A stretch of DNA of 64,000 nt, taken from positions 109 through 64,108 of the forward strand of contig JBILPB010000002.1 of assembly GCA_044374175.1 (NCBI GenBank), written 5' to 3'. The notes below the pieces were generated by a model. The model searched no databases. It was not told the DNA's origin and saw nothing but the letters and a program-made list of their open reading frames with translations. The DNA is from Bacteroidia bacterium (lineage in GTDB: Bacteria > Bacteroidota > Bacteroidia > UBA4408). Of the stretch, positions 47,874-62,000 are shown one piece after another. Numbering within the stretch: the stretch's first letter is position 1; each line of letters opens with the position of its first letter. The position numbers were made by a program, and so were the translations under genes.

Positions 47874-49682
47874 TTAAGCTGAAACACTTTTGCTTACACG
47901 CTTACGTTCATTCTCATTAAGGATAGTTTTACGCATACGTATCGACTTTGGTGTTAACTCAACGTACTCATCTTCCTGGATATATTCCATAGCTTCTTCC
48001 AACGAAAACTTAACAGCTGGAGCAATATTCATTTTTTCATCTGTTCCAGATGCACGCATGTTGGTAAGCTTTTTTGTTTTTGTAATATTCACTGCCAAAT
48101 CATCGGGGCGTGTGTGCTCTCCAATTACTTGTCCTGCATATATTTCATCTCCTGGATCTACAAAAAAGAAACCTCTGTCCTGCAACTTATCAATACTATA
48201 CGCGATGGCAGTACCTAATTCCATACTAATTAATGAACCAGAAATTCTACCAGCAATTTCGCCCTTCCATGGCTCAAATCCTTTTAACCTGTGGTTCATG
48301 ATAGCCTCACCTGCTGTTGCAGTTAAAACTTTATTTCTTAAGCCAATAATTCCTCTTGATGGAATAGTAAATTCTAAGTGAATCATGTCGCCTTTAGGTT
48401 CCATAATCAACATATCTCCTTTTCTTTGGCTAACCAACTCAATTACCTTTCCTGATACAGGCTCTGGAACATCAACAATTAATGTTTCAACTGGCTCGCA
48501 TTTAACGCCATCTATCACCTTTAAGATTACTTGTGGCTGACCAACCTGAAGTTCGTAGCCTTCTCTGCGCATTGTTTCTATCAAGATACTCAAATGCAAT
48601 ATACCTCTTCCAAATACAAGAAATGCATCTGCACTGTCGGTTTCATCAACACGCAAGGCAAGATTTTTTTCCATCTCTTTATATAATCTTTCACGTACGT
48701 GACGAGATGTAAGGAATTTACCCTCTCTGCCAAAGAATGGAGAGTTATTAATGGTAAACAACATACTCATAGTGGGCTCATCAATACTAATTGGCTTTAA
48801 ACCTTCAGGATTTTCAAAATCAGCAATTGTATCTCCAATTTCAAAACCTTCAATGCCAGTTATAGCGCATATATCACCACTTTTAACTTCAGCAACTTTT
48901 GCTCTGCCTAATCCTTCAAAAACGTAAAGTTCTTTAATCCTTGTTTTTACAATTTTACCATCTCTTTTAACTAAAGATACCGGCATATTTTCACGAATAT
49001 TACCTCTGAAAACCCTACCTATTGCAATACGACCAACGAAACTACTAAAATCTAAAGAAGTTATTTGCATTTGCAAGGTACCTTCATGGTATGGAGCAGC
49101 AGGAATATGTTCAATTATACAATCTAAAAGAGGTACAATATCTGTAGTAATTTCGTTATAATCTGTATTCATCCAGCCTTGCTTGCTACTTCCGTATATG
49201 GTTGGGAAATTCAATTGTTCTTCTGTAGCATCTAAGTTAAAAAACAAATCAAATACTTCATCATGTACTTCATCAGGACGACAATTTGGCTTATCTACTT
49301 TATTAATAACCAAAATTGCCTTTAATCCTAATTGTAGCGCTTTTTGCAATACAAAACGGGTTTGTGGCATGGTGCCTTCAAAAGCATCTACTAAAAGTAA
49401 TACTCCGTCCGCCATGTTTAATACACGCTCAACTTCACCTCCAAAATCACTATGTCCTGGTGTATCAATGATGTTTATTTTAACACCACCGTAATTGATA
49501 GAAACGTTTTTTGCAAGGATAGTTATCCCTCGTTCTCTCTCTAAGTCGTTATTGTCTAAAATTAATTCCCCAGACTCTTGATTGTCACGAAATAGTTTAC
49601 TTTGATGCAACATTTTGTCCACCAAGGTTGTTTTACCGTGGTCAACGTGGGCAATAATTGCAATGTTTCTGATAGCTTGCAT
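47874..49682 (-). CDS. typA: Translational GTPase TypA/BipA.
   Basis: The protein is 602 aa. The N-terminus reads IRNIAIIAHVDHGKTTLVD…DNNDLERERGITI…DTPGHSDFGGEV…NKVDK, the G1-G4 motifs in EF-G-like order. The C-terminal domain is BipA-specific. Confidence 0.95.
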   Translation of the reverse strand: MQAIRNIAIIAHVDHGKTTLVDKMLHQSKLFRDNQESGELILDNNDLERERGITILAKNVSINYGGVKINIIDTPGHSDFGGEVERVLNMADGVLLLVDAFEGTMPQTRFVLQKALQLGLKAILVINKVDKPNCRPDEVHDEVFDLFFNLDATEEQLNFPTIYGSSKQGWMNTDYNEITTDIVPLLDCIIEHIPAAPYHEGTLQMQITSLDFSSFVGRIAIGRVFRGNIRENMPVSLVKRDGKIVKTRIKELYVFEGLGRAKVAEVKSGDICAITGIEGFEIGDTIADFENPEGLKPISIDEPTMSMLFTINNSPFFGREGKFLTSRHVRERLYKEMEKNLALRVDETDSADAFLVFGRGILHLSILIETMRREGYELQVGQPQVILKVIDGVKCEPVETLIVDVPEPVSGKVIELVSQRKGDMLIMEPKGDMIHLEFTIPSRGIIGLRNKVLTATAGEAIMNHRLKGFEPWKGEIAGRISGSLISMELGTAIAYSIDKLQDRGFFFVDPGDEIYAGQVIGEHTRPDDLAVNITKTKKLTNMRASGTDEKMNIAPAVKFSLEEAMEYIQEDEYVELTPKSIRMRKTILNENERKRVSKSVSA

Positions 49683-50029
49683 GTTTTTAGGCTTGTTTTT
49701 TAAGGGCGCAAAGGTAGTAAATTAAATGAAGTAAAATTCACTTGTCAATTGTTATATTTTCCTTTTAATATTAATTCAAAAAATAAAGTCTAAAAAGCCC
49801 AATAGTTAAGCCTTTCGATTAAGATTGCATCACTTTAATAAATTGTTAAATTGACTTTGGCAGTATAAAAGCAACTCCATAAGCGGTGAAAATTGAGGTG
49901 AATCTATATTTATTTTTATCAATAATTTGTAAAGAAACCTATGTTTTTTTTTAAAAAAACACCCTTGTTATTATTTATTTTGCTTAATTTTATATCCAAA
50001 TTGAAATGTTAATTTAAATAGCAAAAAAA

Positions 50030-53000
50030 ATGAAGAAAATCACATACAAAATAATTGCCTTATTAGTTGTTTTTTTTACTCAAAATTTACACGCTCAATG
50101 GACTACACCAACTATTGATGCTGCAAATGATGGAGTAGGAAATTATCCCAACAATTACACCTCTGGAACAACAAACTGGGCAATCACCTGGAATAATACC
50201 GATTTGTTTGTTTCAATAAACAATGCCAATCAATCTGAACCTGTAACTATATATCTTGATGTAGACCCTATTGTTCCTGTAAATGGAGGGGCAAACGCTA
50301 ATGGAACACTTGTTGGCTTAAATTATGATGGTTATACAACACGCCCTAATTTGCCCTTTAGGGCAGACGTTTGTATTTATGCGCACAACGGGTACAGAGA
50401 AATATTCAGAAGAGATGGTGCCAATGGATGGACTTCCATCGGAGGTCAACCCAATGGAATTACTGGTACAGCTAACGATTATGTGAGTAATGCAAATGGC
50501 CAGTATTCTTCTAACGATAATGGCAATGGAAACGGAGGTGATGATAGAAGAGAATTCAGAATTTCCTGGTTACGTTTACAAGGGGCAATCAATGGTGGTG
50601 CGCGACCTACAGCATTTAATTGGATGGGGTATCTTTCCTATAATAATGGGATGTATGCGCAAGTACCTGTAGAGAATTACAATGGTAGTAATGTGATTGG
50701 AAACAGCAATGGCATTGTGAGGTACTTTACTGTTTCAAATACTGGAAATGGAACATCAACCAATCCTTTTGGGCAAAACTCATATACACAGCCACTAACT
50801 TCATCTAATGCGGCATTTGGCGGTATTTCTGTATACGATTTTACAATGAATAGTAGCGGACAAACGATTACCAGAACTGCTGGAGGTGGTCAGGCATGGA
50901 CAATTGCTGGTAATTTAGTAGTAGCAAATGGAAGCTTAACATCAGGCACTTCAACCACCGCAATATCCACAAGAAATTTGGATATTCGTGGAGGTACCTT
51001 AACGCTATCAGGAAGTGTAGGTGGTGATTTAAATGTTTCAGGAAATTTTATCAAAACCAGCGGGACTTATAACAACAATAACCGCCAAGTTAATTTCAAT
51101 GGCACAACAGCTCAAATATACAGTAGTAACATAACACAAACAATTAATTTTTTATTAATTTCCAATACCAGTGTTACTGTAACGGCCAATAGTTCAATCA
51201 CAGTGCCCAACAATTTAACCATTAATGCAGGGGCAAATTGCCGTTTAGACATGGGCAATAACACCCTGAATTTAACAGGATCGAGCGCTAATGTCATCAA
51301 TGGAAATCTTCGGGTAGGTGGCACCGGAGGAGCAATTACCGGGACAACCGCAGGCAATACAACCTTTGGCGCAGGAAGTTTTTATGAACATAATTATTCC
51401 ACTATTGATGGTCATATTCCTTTAGCTACTTGGAATGCAAGTTCAACATGTCTTATGATGGGATATACTTCAGGCACACAACCTGCCTCAGGTCTCAATC
51501 AATCCTTTGGCCATTTTACCTGGAACTGTCCATCACAAACTACCTCACCAATGCTTGATGGGGCGCTTACAACAGTGAACGGAAACCTCAGTATTTTAGC
51601 TATTAATAGTAACGAAATAGGGATTACTACAAGTATACCCTGCACATTAAATATTGGTGGTTCATTAACCATTTCAGATGGCATTTTTTCGATGGCTACC
51701 GGCATAGAAAATTGTGTCATTAATGTAGCAGGTAACCTGACCGTAAACAATGCTAATGCCTTTTTGCTCCTATCTAGTATTTCCAGTATAGCTGGTGCAG
51801 GAACATTAAATGTACTGGGCAATGTTATCCATTCTGATGGTATTATAGATCTTGCTACCAGTGATTTTGATGGAATTTTAAGAATAGGTGGAAATTACAC
51901 GCAATCAGCTCCCGCCATCTTACAGTTATTCAGTTTTTCATTGTCTACTTTAAGCTATGTAGAATTTAATGGAGCTGGCCTGCAAAATGTAACATTAAAT
52001 GGCAGCGTTTTAAGTAACGTAAATTTTAGAGTAAATGGTGGAGGAGTAAATTTAACGGGTACTTTGCCGCTTAATGACAATGCCAATGGCGGTGCTTGGG
52101 GAGCCACTCTAAGAATGAGTCAAGGTAACATCATAGGCAGTGGAACTGTATTTTATGATCAAACTGGTGGTTATTCTACCTTGGTTTATGACGCAAGCAC
52201 TTCTGCTCAAACAACTACTGGTGTTGAATTTCCTGCAATAAACAGTCCAATGAATTTAATTATTGACAACACTTTTGCAACAAATACTGTTACCTTGCAT
52301 GCCAACAGAACTATTGGAGGAACTTTAACACTCAATGCTGGTATTTTAGTATTAAATGCTAATAACTTAAGCGTTGTTGAACCTCCTGTTGGTGGAAGTT
52401 CTACTGCTTATGTAAGAACAAACAGCACGGGTGTGCTGCAATTAGCATTAATGGGTGGTGGTTTTTCCTTTAATTTCCCTGTTGGAAATAGTACCTATAA
52501 TCCTGTAATTATTTCAAACAGTGGTACCACAGACTCCTACAGTGTTAGAGTTGTAGATGGTACACCTCCTTCACCATTTGATGCAACAAAAGTAATTAAT
52601 CGTAGCTGGATAGTTGCAGAAGGTGCAGCAGGCGGATCAAGTATTAATATGTCGGCATACTGGAATTCACCAAGCGAAGAAGCTGTAAATTTTGCAGCTG
52701 GTGTAACTAGAAGATTTGGTTTATGGAATGGCGTTTCATGGACTCAAAATGGTGCAACAGTTGGAGGTTCAAATCCTTTCTTTTTTTCCAATACAGCTTC
52801 TTTTGTGAATGTAGGCACATTTGCTTTAGGTAAAGATGATGCATTTCTTTCATCTGCTACAACATACACCTGGAATGGGGCAACAAATGGAGCTTGGACT
52901 ACCGCAACCAATTGGACGCCAAATGGTGTTCCCACTGCTGCCGACAATGTAATTTTTAATGTGGTTGGTACAAATCCTACAAATTTTAATACTACACAAA

Positions 53001-56000
53001 CCATTAATAATTTGAGTTTAATTGGTACCGGAAGCCTGAATTTAGGGGCTTCAGGAAACTTAACGATTGCAGGCAATTTAACCTATGTTAATACTGCTAC
53101 TGCAAGTTTTAATTGTGCAAGTACCTTAAGTATTTCAAGTGCTGCTTCACAAACAATACCATCATTAAATTATGGAAACCTTATTTTAACTGGGGGGCCA
53201 AGAGTGCTGTCAAATACTGGTACAATTGGTATTTGCGGTAATTATACAGCATCGGCAGGAGTAACCACTACCACTGGTAGTACTGTAAATTTTAATGGTA
53301 CAGCCGCTCAAAGCATGTTAACCTCAGCCGCAAATTTTAATAACCTGCTGATTTCAAATACCACTGCAAATGTAACTTCATCGGTTGCAGTAACAATTAC
53401 AAGTAATCTAACGATTAATGCCGGAGTCAACTGCAGGTTTGATATGGGTGCAAATACTTTAACCATAACAGGGAGTGCTGCTAATTTAATTAATGGAACA
53501 TTGCGCATCGGTGGTTCCTCAGGATCAATTGTTGGCATGACTGCTTTAAATACCACTTTTTCTGCAACAGGTACTTATGAGCATAATTACACTACTGTTG
53601 CAGGTATTGTGCCTGCTGCCAGCTGGAACGCTGCATCTAACTGTAACATTATTGGATATACAACAAATATAAGTGCTACAGGTGGCCTTTCTCAAACTTT
53701 TGGCAATTTTACCTGGAATTGCCCTTCACAAACTGCAGCTTTGAATCTTTTAGGGGGATTAAATGGTGCAACCATAGCAGGGAATTTTAACGTAATGGCC
53801 ACCAACTCGGGTTCTTTGCGTCTAACCAGTTTTGCCAGCATGACGCTCAATATTTTAGGAAATTTAAATGTTTCGGGTGGTAATTTTGCATTTACAAATG
53901 TTATAACGCCAAATACCCCAAGTATCACAATTAATGTAAGCAGTTCAATAAATATTTCTGGTGGTGTCACTCACTTTCAAACACCCCCTCCAGCGCTTAC
54001 AGGAGGAGTCACAACATTTAATGTATCGACCACTAATTTTAACTTAACTGCTGGTTCATTAATTATATTTGCTGCTACTGCTGGTTTGGGTTCAACAGCT
54101 ACTATCAATATCTCTGGTAATTTTACACAAAGTGGTGGAACAGTAAACAATTGTAGTATTGGTGCTGCCAATGGTGTCATTTCAACATGGAACATTTTGG
54201 GTAATTTCAATCAAACAGCAGGATCATACACTGGTGCATCTTCCGGAACAAACCCCGAAATTTATTTAAATGTTCATGCAGGTTTTAGTCAATCTGTAGG
54301 AGCAACCATTACTGCTGGTGCAGCATTCCCTAGATGTCAAATCGAATTTAAAGGTGCTTTGAACCAAAATGTGAGTGTTTCTGGCAATACGCTTAATAAT
54401 CTTTGGTGGCGTTTAAATAATGCAGCTGGTATAACAATGGCAACCAACATTACCATTAACTCTGTAGGTAAATTTATCAGAACTACTGGTGCAATTTCTG
54501 GTGTTGGTGGCATACTGTACATTGCAGGAAGTCAACTCAGATATAATGGAACTGTTAATATGACTTCTACTGATAAGGAGTGGCCAGCTGTTATGAGCGG
54601 GGTTTCAGTAGAAATTGATAATGCAGCTGGAATTAATTTACATGCATCAAGAACGGCAACAAGTGCAGGTGGTGAGGTGCGATTAACAACTGGCTCCTTA
54701 TTTTTAGGAAATAATGATTTGTTTATTGATTATTTTAATAATGGGAATTATGCCATTACAAGCCCTTCGGCAACTAATATGTTTGTAACAAACGGAACGG
54801 GTCAATTTCTATTAAGTACCTACATAAGAAGCGGTAGCCCTGTTGGTTTTGATCTTTATGTTTTTCCAATTGGAGATAATATAGGTAGTTTGGAATATAG
54901 TCCTGTTGAGTTAAAGTTTTATAAAAATACTGTAAGCCGAATCATTGGATTAAGAGTGGTGGATGCCATAAATCCAAATATCAATACGCCAGTTGCTGCT
55001 ACTGATTATTTAAGCAGGTATTGGATGGTTACTGAAAACGGGGCAGGCGGTTTGTATAGAGATTCTATAACAACATTCTACTCGGCTGCAGATGTTAACG
55101 GTACTGAGGCCAATATTAAACTGAGTACCTACGCTGCAGGAACTTGGACAGAACATGGTACCACAGTTACTGCAGGTGTAAAAATTGTTGGTTTTCAACC
55201 TTCCACAGCTGCTTTTACGCAAGCATATCTTCCCCTGAATGGTTTGGAAATTACAGGGAGAAGAGCACCTATTTTAACTAATTATACCTGGGTGGGTTCA
55301 ACTAGTAATGATTATAATACAGCTTCAAACTGGTCGCCTGTGGGTGTTCCAACTGCTGCTGATAATATTACTGTTGGCGTTTCTGCACCCAATCCTTGTG
55401 TAATTAATAGTGGCAGTTTTACTGTAACCAATTTTAACCTGAATGGAACAGGTAACTTTCAATTAGCCGCTGGCACATCAATTACGGTAAATGGGGTGAT
55501 GAGCTACGGTGGATCAGCCACAGGTTCTTGCGCTTGCAGCAGCACCTTTAATATAGCTGGCTCAGCCGCATCTGATGTTCCTCCTATTAATTATGGTAAT
55601 TTAAACATAAGTGGCGGAAATAGAACACTTGCTAATGCAGGCACAATAGGTGTTTGCGGCACTTACACACCAGGTGCTGGTGTAATAACAATTACAAGTA
55701 GCACGGTCAATTTTAATGGAACCACTGCACAAACTGTTTCAGCTTCGTCATATAATAACCTTACAATCAGTAATGCCCGAACTACAAATAATATTACGCT
55801 TTCTGGTTTAATAAACGTTGCAGGTGTATTCAATCCTTCGGCAACTTTTACTTCTGGAAACTATTTAGTGACGGGGAATACAGTAAATTATAATGGCGCA
55901 AACGGGCAAACTATAGTTGCATTTAATTATAATAATTTATCATCAACAAACAACAACAGAGTACTTCAAAATACTGGAAATATAGGTATTGCAGGGGCTT

Positions 56001-59000
56001 TTACACCTGGAATTGGCATATATACAACCACTGGAAGTACTGTTGTTTTTAATGGTGTCGCAAATCAAACAGTACCAGTTTTTACTTCACTCACTGCTAA
56101 CAGATCTTATCATCATCTTACCATTGAAGGTACTGGTTTGTATACCCCTGCCAGAACTTGGGGAGGTGCAGGCATTACTAATGGTATAACAGGTAATTTA
56201 ACGCTCAACGGTGGTCAGTTTGAACAAACAACAACATTAGGAGGTGTTACTTTGTATATCAATGGAAATCTGAATTTAACCAACGCCAATGCCAGATTTT
56301 CTCAACATAGCGGAAATTTAAGTAATAATAATACTTATGTACTTGGAAACTGGATTCAATCTGCGGGCCGTTTTGATTTTAATACTTCAGTGGGCGGCAC
56401 GGGTGATGGCTTTGTTTATTTAAGTGGAAATTTAACGGCAACCGGAGGTCTTATTAACTGTGCATCAGTGGGCAGTAATACCATTAACCCAACATTTGCT
56501 TTCGATGGCACAGGAGTTCAAAATTATTCAAGAACGGGTGGAGGTAATTTATTTGTGGATTTTGTAATTGGTGCAAACAAATCTCTTCTGTTACTTTCTA
56601 ACTTTTCTGTTACAGATGGTGATATTGCTGTTGGCACGAATGCCACAATAGATGCACAGGGATTTACTGTAACTACCGCTGATGGAGGCGCCTCGGCTGA
56701 CGAATTCAGAACCAATGCAGGTTCTTTGATCAGAACTACACATGCCTCGGGTATCGTTGGTATGGCTCCTTCAGGAACCAGAAATTTCAATACGGCAAGT
56801 ATTTATGAGTTTTATGGTGCCAATCAAAATACTGGTTTTAATACAGTGCCTGTTATAAGCACTGCTGCGCAAGTAATAATGAATTTGTCGGGTACTTTAA
56901 CAAATACTTCTGCTTCTTTCACCATCAATACCGCACTCACCTTAACTAGCGGCATATTTAATATGGGAGCCGCAAATACAATTAATCTTGGTATAGGCGC
57001 TACTGTGGCTATTGCAGCAAGTAATTTTATTGTAGGCACTAATGCTGGAACGTTAAACTTTATTGGATCCGGAACTTTTACTGGTGTTAGTAATCCTTAT
57101 AATGTTACCATCAATGGGGGAGTTAACTTTGGAGCTGGTATCAATGCAACTACCATTCAAAGTGGTGGCACTTTGCGCATCAATGCGGGAGGATTTGTAA
57201 ATACAAGTGCTCCTTTTTATCATGCAAACTCCACGCTGCAATATTTTACAGGCGGCACCTATGGTAGAAATTTAGAGTGGAGTGCTGCGGCAGGCAGAGG
57301 CTACCCAGGACATGTTCAGGTGAGTAATAATACCACCCTTAATCCAGGTGCAGGCGGCAATACAGGCTTAGTTTTAAATGCAGCAGGTAATTTAACGGTT
57401 GATGGAGGTTCCAATCTTTACATGGACAATGGCGGTAATAACATGACAGTACCTTTGATTGTAAATGGCAATATCAACCTGGTAGGTAATTTATCAGGTT
57501 CAAATTCTATTGGCGGTGATATTGAATTAAAAGGCAATTGGAACAACAATGGTGTTGCCATAACAAATTTCTTTCCAAATTCAAGGGCAGTTACCTTTAA
57601 TGGGACTATCAATCAGAATATAGGAGGAACAAATACCACAGTGATTCCATTTGCTTTTTTAACGATTAATAATGCAGCAGGAGTTACTTTAACTTCATAT
57701 AATGTAGAGGTTAACAACCAATTGAATTTAACCAGTGGTAAAGTAACCCTAGGTAATTTTAATTTAAAATTGAATGGTTTAAATACCCCAATCGCGGGAG
57801 GTACATCAAGCAATTATATTGTTACCAATGGCAGTGGTGTGTTAAGCAGAAACTTCAACAACACAGCCACGCTTTATCCTGTAGGTCCAAACGCAAGTAC
57901 TTACTCCCCAGTAACAATGCAACAATCGGGCACTGTAGATGACATTACTGTAAGAGTAAATACGGCTCCAGCCTTTGTGCCATTAGTTAACGATAATAAC
58001 CAAATGGTAAACTTACAATGGACCATTAACGAAGGTGTAGCAGGCGGTAACAATTTATCAAGTAATTTCCAATGGCCATTGAGTAGCGAAGCTGCAGGTT
58101 TCATAAGAGCCAATGGCGTTTTCCAAGGTGATTATTCAGGAGCAGCATGGCAAGTGCGTTCATCTACCTTAAGTGGTGTTAATCCATATTTAAGTAGTTC
58201 AAGTTCAAACTATACAGGCGCATTAAGCAATCGCCCATTTGTGATTGGTAATATCAATGGGATTGTAGGTTGTGTATCTACGTTATCTGCTGGTGATTGG
58301 CATGATGGATCAATTTGGGCAGGCGGTGTTCCTCCAACAACAGCTAGTGCAGCGTGTATAGGTCATGCTATTCAAATAACAGCAAGCAATACCAATGCCT
58401 TAAGTTCAGTAACCTTAAATGCAGGCGGCAGTTTAGCTATTGATGCCACGTTTTCATTGGTTTTTGGCACAGGTGGTTTATTAACCAACAGCAGCGGAGC
58501 AGCAAATACCATCACAGGATTAGGCAGTATTATATACAATGGCGCAGGCACTATAGCCGGAGGTAACGCCATTACCATTAACAGTGCCAAGCTCAATGGT
58601 TTAACCACTATTTCTACCCCATTAACAGTGAACGGTGATTTGACGTTGAATAGCGGCAGTAGCGTAAGCGCCACCCCAACCTATGGTTCAAACTCAAGTT
58701 TAATTTACAATACAGGCGGAAGTTATGGTGTAAATTTAGAGTGGACAGGGAATAGCGTAACAGCAGGCATAGGTGTTCCTAACAATGTAGGCATCACAAA
58801 CACTACGACCTTAAATATGCCAATCAGTGACCGCGGCCTATCAGGGACCTTAGGGATATCTAACGGTACCTTAAATATGGGCACAGGCGATTTATATGTG
58901 AATGGCGATTGGTCTCGTGATGGGACTAATGGTTTCTTTAATCCGAACGGTAAGGCCATTTTCTTTAATAGAGCAGGCACGCAAAACATTGTTGTTATGG

Positions 59001-62000
59001 GAGGCGGAACCGAAACGTTCAATTATTTAGTACTAGATAAGCCAAGTGGAAGTTTAGTATTAGATCCAGGCACCCATATCACCGTAAATGGCAGTGTTGG
59101 TAACACCCTTCAACTATTAAATATGGGCGTATTAGACTTGAATGGCAACAATTTAAATTTAACCAATGCAGGCGGTAGTATTTTAGCGAGTGGAGGCGTA
59201 AGAAGCATCATCAGTACCTTTCCTAATGGGCAAATGAATGTGCAGGCAAGCAAAAGTGTAACAAGTAATTTAGGCGGTACCCTAAAATTTGGCAGTAATG
59301 TAAAAGTAGCGTTAAGCGCAGGGATGGATTTTGGAAATACGTTAAGTACTATCCAGGGCACCTTACAGATTGCTTTAGGAGGCTTTGTAACTAGCAACCC
59401 GCCAACCTATGCCACCAGTTCAACGCTAAGATATTTTAGTGGTAGCAATTATGGTAGAGGTTTAGAGTGGAGTGCAACCAGCGGTCCGGGTTATCCATAT
59501 CATGTAGATATCGACCAAAACGGAACAGTAACCACCTTGGATTTAAGCAATGGTGGCAGTGCCATACGCCAGATAGCAGGTAACCTGAATTTAAACCAGG
59601 GCGGTAATTTAAGCATGGGCGCCATGAGCAATCCATTAATCGTTAAAGGTAATGTAAACATAGGCGGAGCATCATCAGGCAGCTTAACGTTGAGTACAGT
59701 TGCAGGAGGCGATATACAAATAGCAGGCAACTTAACGCGCAATGTAGGAGGTACATTTACACAAAATGGAAGAGAAGTAACCATGAATGGCACGGCATTG
59801 CAAACGATAAGTAACAACATTCCAAGCTTTAGTTTTTTAAATATCGACAACAATGGCGCAAGTGTTCAAATCAATACAAACACCACAATAAATACAAGAC
59901 TTAGATTAAGCAATGGCTTATATGATTTAAATGGCTTTACCAACACCATGGCCAATGGTTCACAAATACGCAGAAGTGCAGCCGCTGCTACCATGAGTGC
60001 TGCACCAGCCATAGTAGGCGGTAATGTGGTGGATATGCAATACGATGCTACCATGACAAGTGATGTGGAGTTTATTCAAGATTTAAATAAGATCAGAGAT
60101 CTTGAAATAACATTGGGAACATTGAGCATTAATGAAAATAAAACAATAAATAGAAATTTAGTATTAAGTGGAGGTGATTTAAACTTAGCCACATTTACCT
60201 TTACGGATAGAGGAAATGCAACTGCTCCGTCATTTGCTGGTAGCATCACAGTTAGTGGTGGCGGCACTAGACTTATTGTAGGGTCACTTGGTAGTAATTT
60301 TGACATTACTGGTTTAGGAGGTAATTCACCATTATTATACACAAAAACTGTAAGTTCAATTGGTGGAACATTATTAAGTTTTGATAGTAATGTTTTAGTG
60401 CGCATAGGTGATGGTGCTGTTGATTTTGGATTCTCAGGTGGGTTGTATCCAACAACCATTAATGGAGCATTGCAAGTGATGTTAGGAGGGTCAGTTGGCC
60501 AAATATTGAATCCATGTTATTACGGCACTAATTCAATATTGCGATTCTCAAATACTGTTGATTATCAAGTTGGGTTAAATGATAAAACTTGGGCTTCGGG
60601 CGCAATTGGTTCTGGTAATCCAGGTATTCCTTGGAATGTTGAGGTAAATGATATTGGAACAGATTTACAATTGCAAAATACAAGAGCTTTAAGAGGAAAT
60701 CTAACCATAACAAATGGAACATTTACACTTACACCTGTTTATTCTGGAACCTTCGCGATAGGTGGAAATTGGACAAGGACTGGAGCTTTTAGTGCATTTA
60801 CGCATAACAATAAAAAAGTAGTATTTGATAAGCAAATTGTCGGAGATCAGGCCATTACAGTAAATACAGGTGTTGTTGCTGAAACCTATTATGATTTAGA
60901 TTTTAGCCCTGCTGCTGGAAATGTTATTATGAATGTTAATGTAAATGCACTCAATGCCGTTGGTTTAGTAAGTGGAAAAGTTAATTTAAATGGCAACACA
61001 TTTACTTTAGGTACAACTGGTAACAATGGAACATTAACTGGTGGAACGGCAAGCGAATATTTTATTTCAGGAACAGCAGCTTCAAAATTGGTAAGATATA
61101 CTACTACTGCAAGTACAAGTTATAGCTATCCTGTTGGAGATGTAACTAACTACACCCCTATGACTGTTCAGCTTTATGCAGGAACAATGGGTGCTAATTC
61201 ACAAGTAAGTGTCAATGTAATACCAACTGCACACCCTAATATTGGAACATCAGATAATTATTTAAAAAGATACTGGCAAGTGGAACCAAACAATTTTCCA
61301 ACACCACAAATTGGTTATGGTGTTACATACGTTTGGGCTCCTGGAGATGAGTATGGTTTGCCTGTTCCGATTCCAGCAAATTTAAAACCGTTTAAACACA
61401 ATCCACAAGGGTGGATTGCTGCTTTAGGAAGCGGTGCCAGCGTTGAAATGGGTAGCGGAACAGTAACTCCAGGAACTAGGACTATTACTTGGGATGGATT
61501 GTATTCATTTAGTGATTTTACCGGAAATGGAAATGGTACACCTTTACCAATTAGTTTAATTGATTTTAATGTGCAACCAGTGCTTGAGAACGTAGAGGTA
61601 ACATGGACTACAGCGAGTGAAACAAATAATGATTACTTTATCATTGAGCGTTCAAAAGATGGTGTTGATTTTGAAGCTTTGTCTGTGGTTGATGGAGCTG
61701 GTAATAGCAATACCATTTTAAATTACAAGGTGATGGATTATAAACCATACGAAGGTTTATCATATTACAGATTAAAACAAACAGACTTTGATGGTAAATT
61801 TGAATACGGTGATATTAAATCTGTAAACTTTGTGAAGCCAAGTCAGGGTCAAAATTGGTCTGTTTATCCAAATCCGTCTAATTTGAAAGGCATCAATTTA
61901 GTAACAGGAGCTTTGAGCAGTGATTTGCTTCAGTTGAGCTTAACTGATGTAACCGGTAAGGTAGTTTTCAGCAAAAGTATAACGGCAAATGATACAAGAG

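Noticed and set aside
51112-60722. About 20 minus-strand ORFs of 60-127 aa inside the 12-kb giant gene.
   Set aside because: These are antisense frames of a compositionally biased (Asn/Gly/Thr-rich) coding region. Their proline- and leucine-rich translations are typical antisense artefacts.
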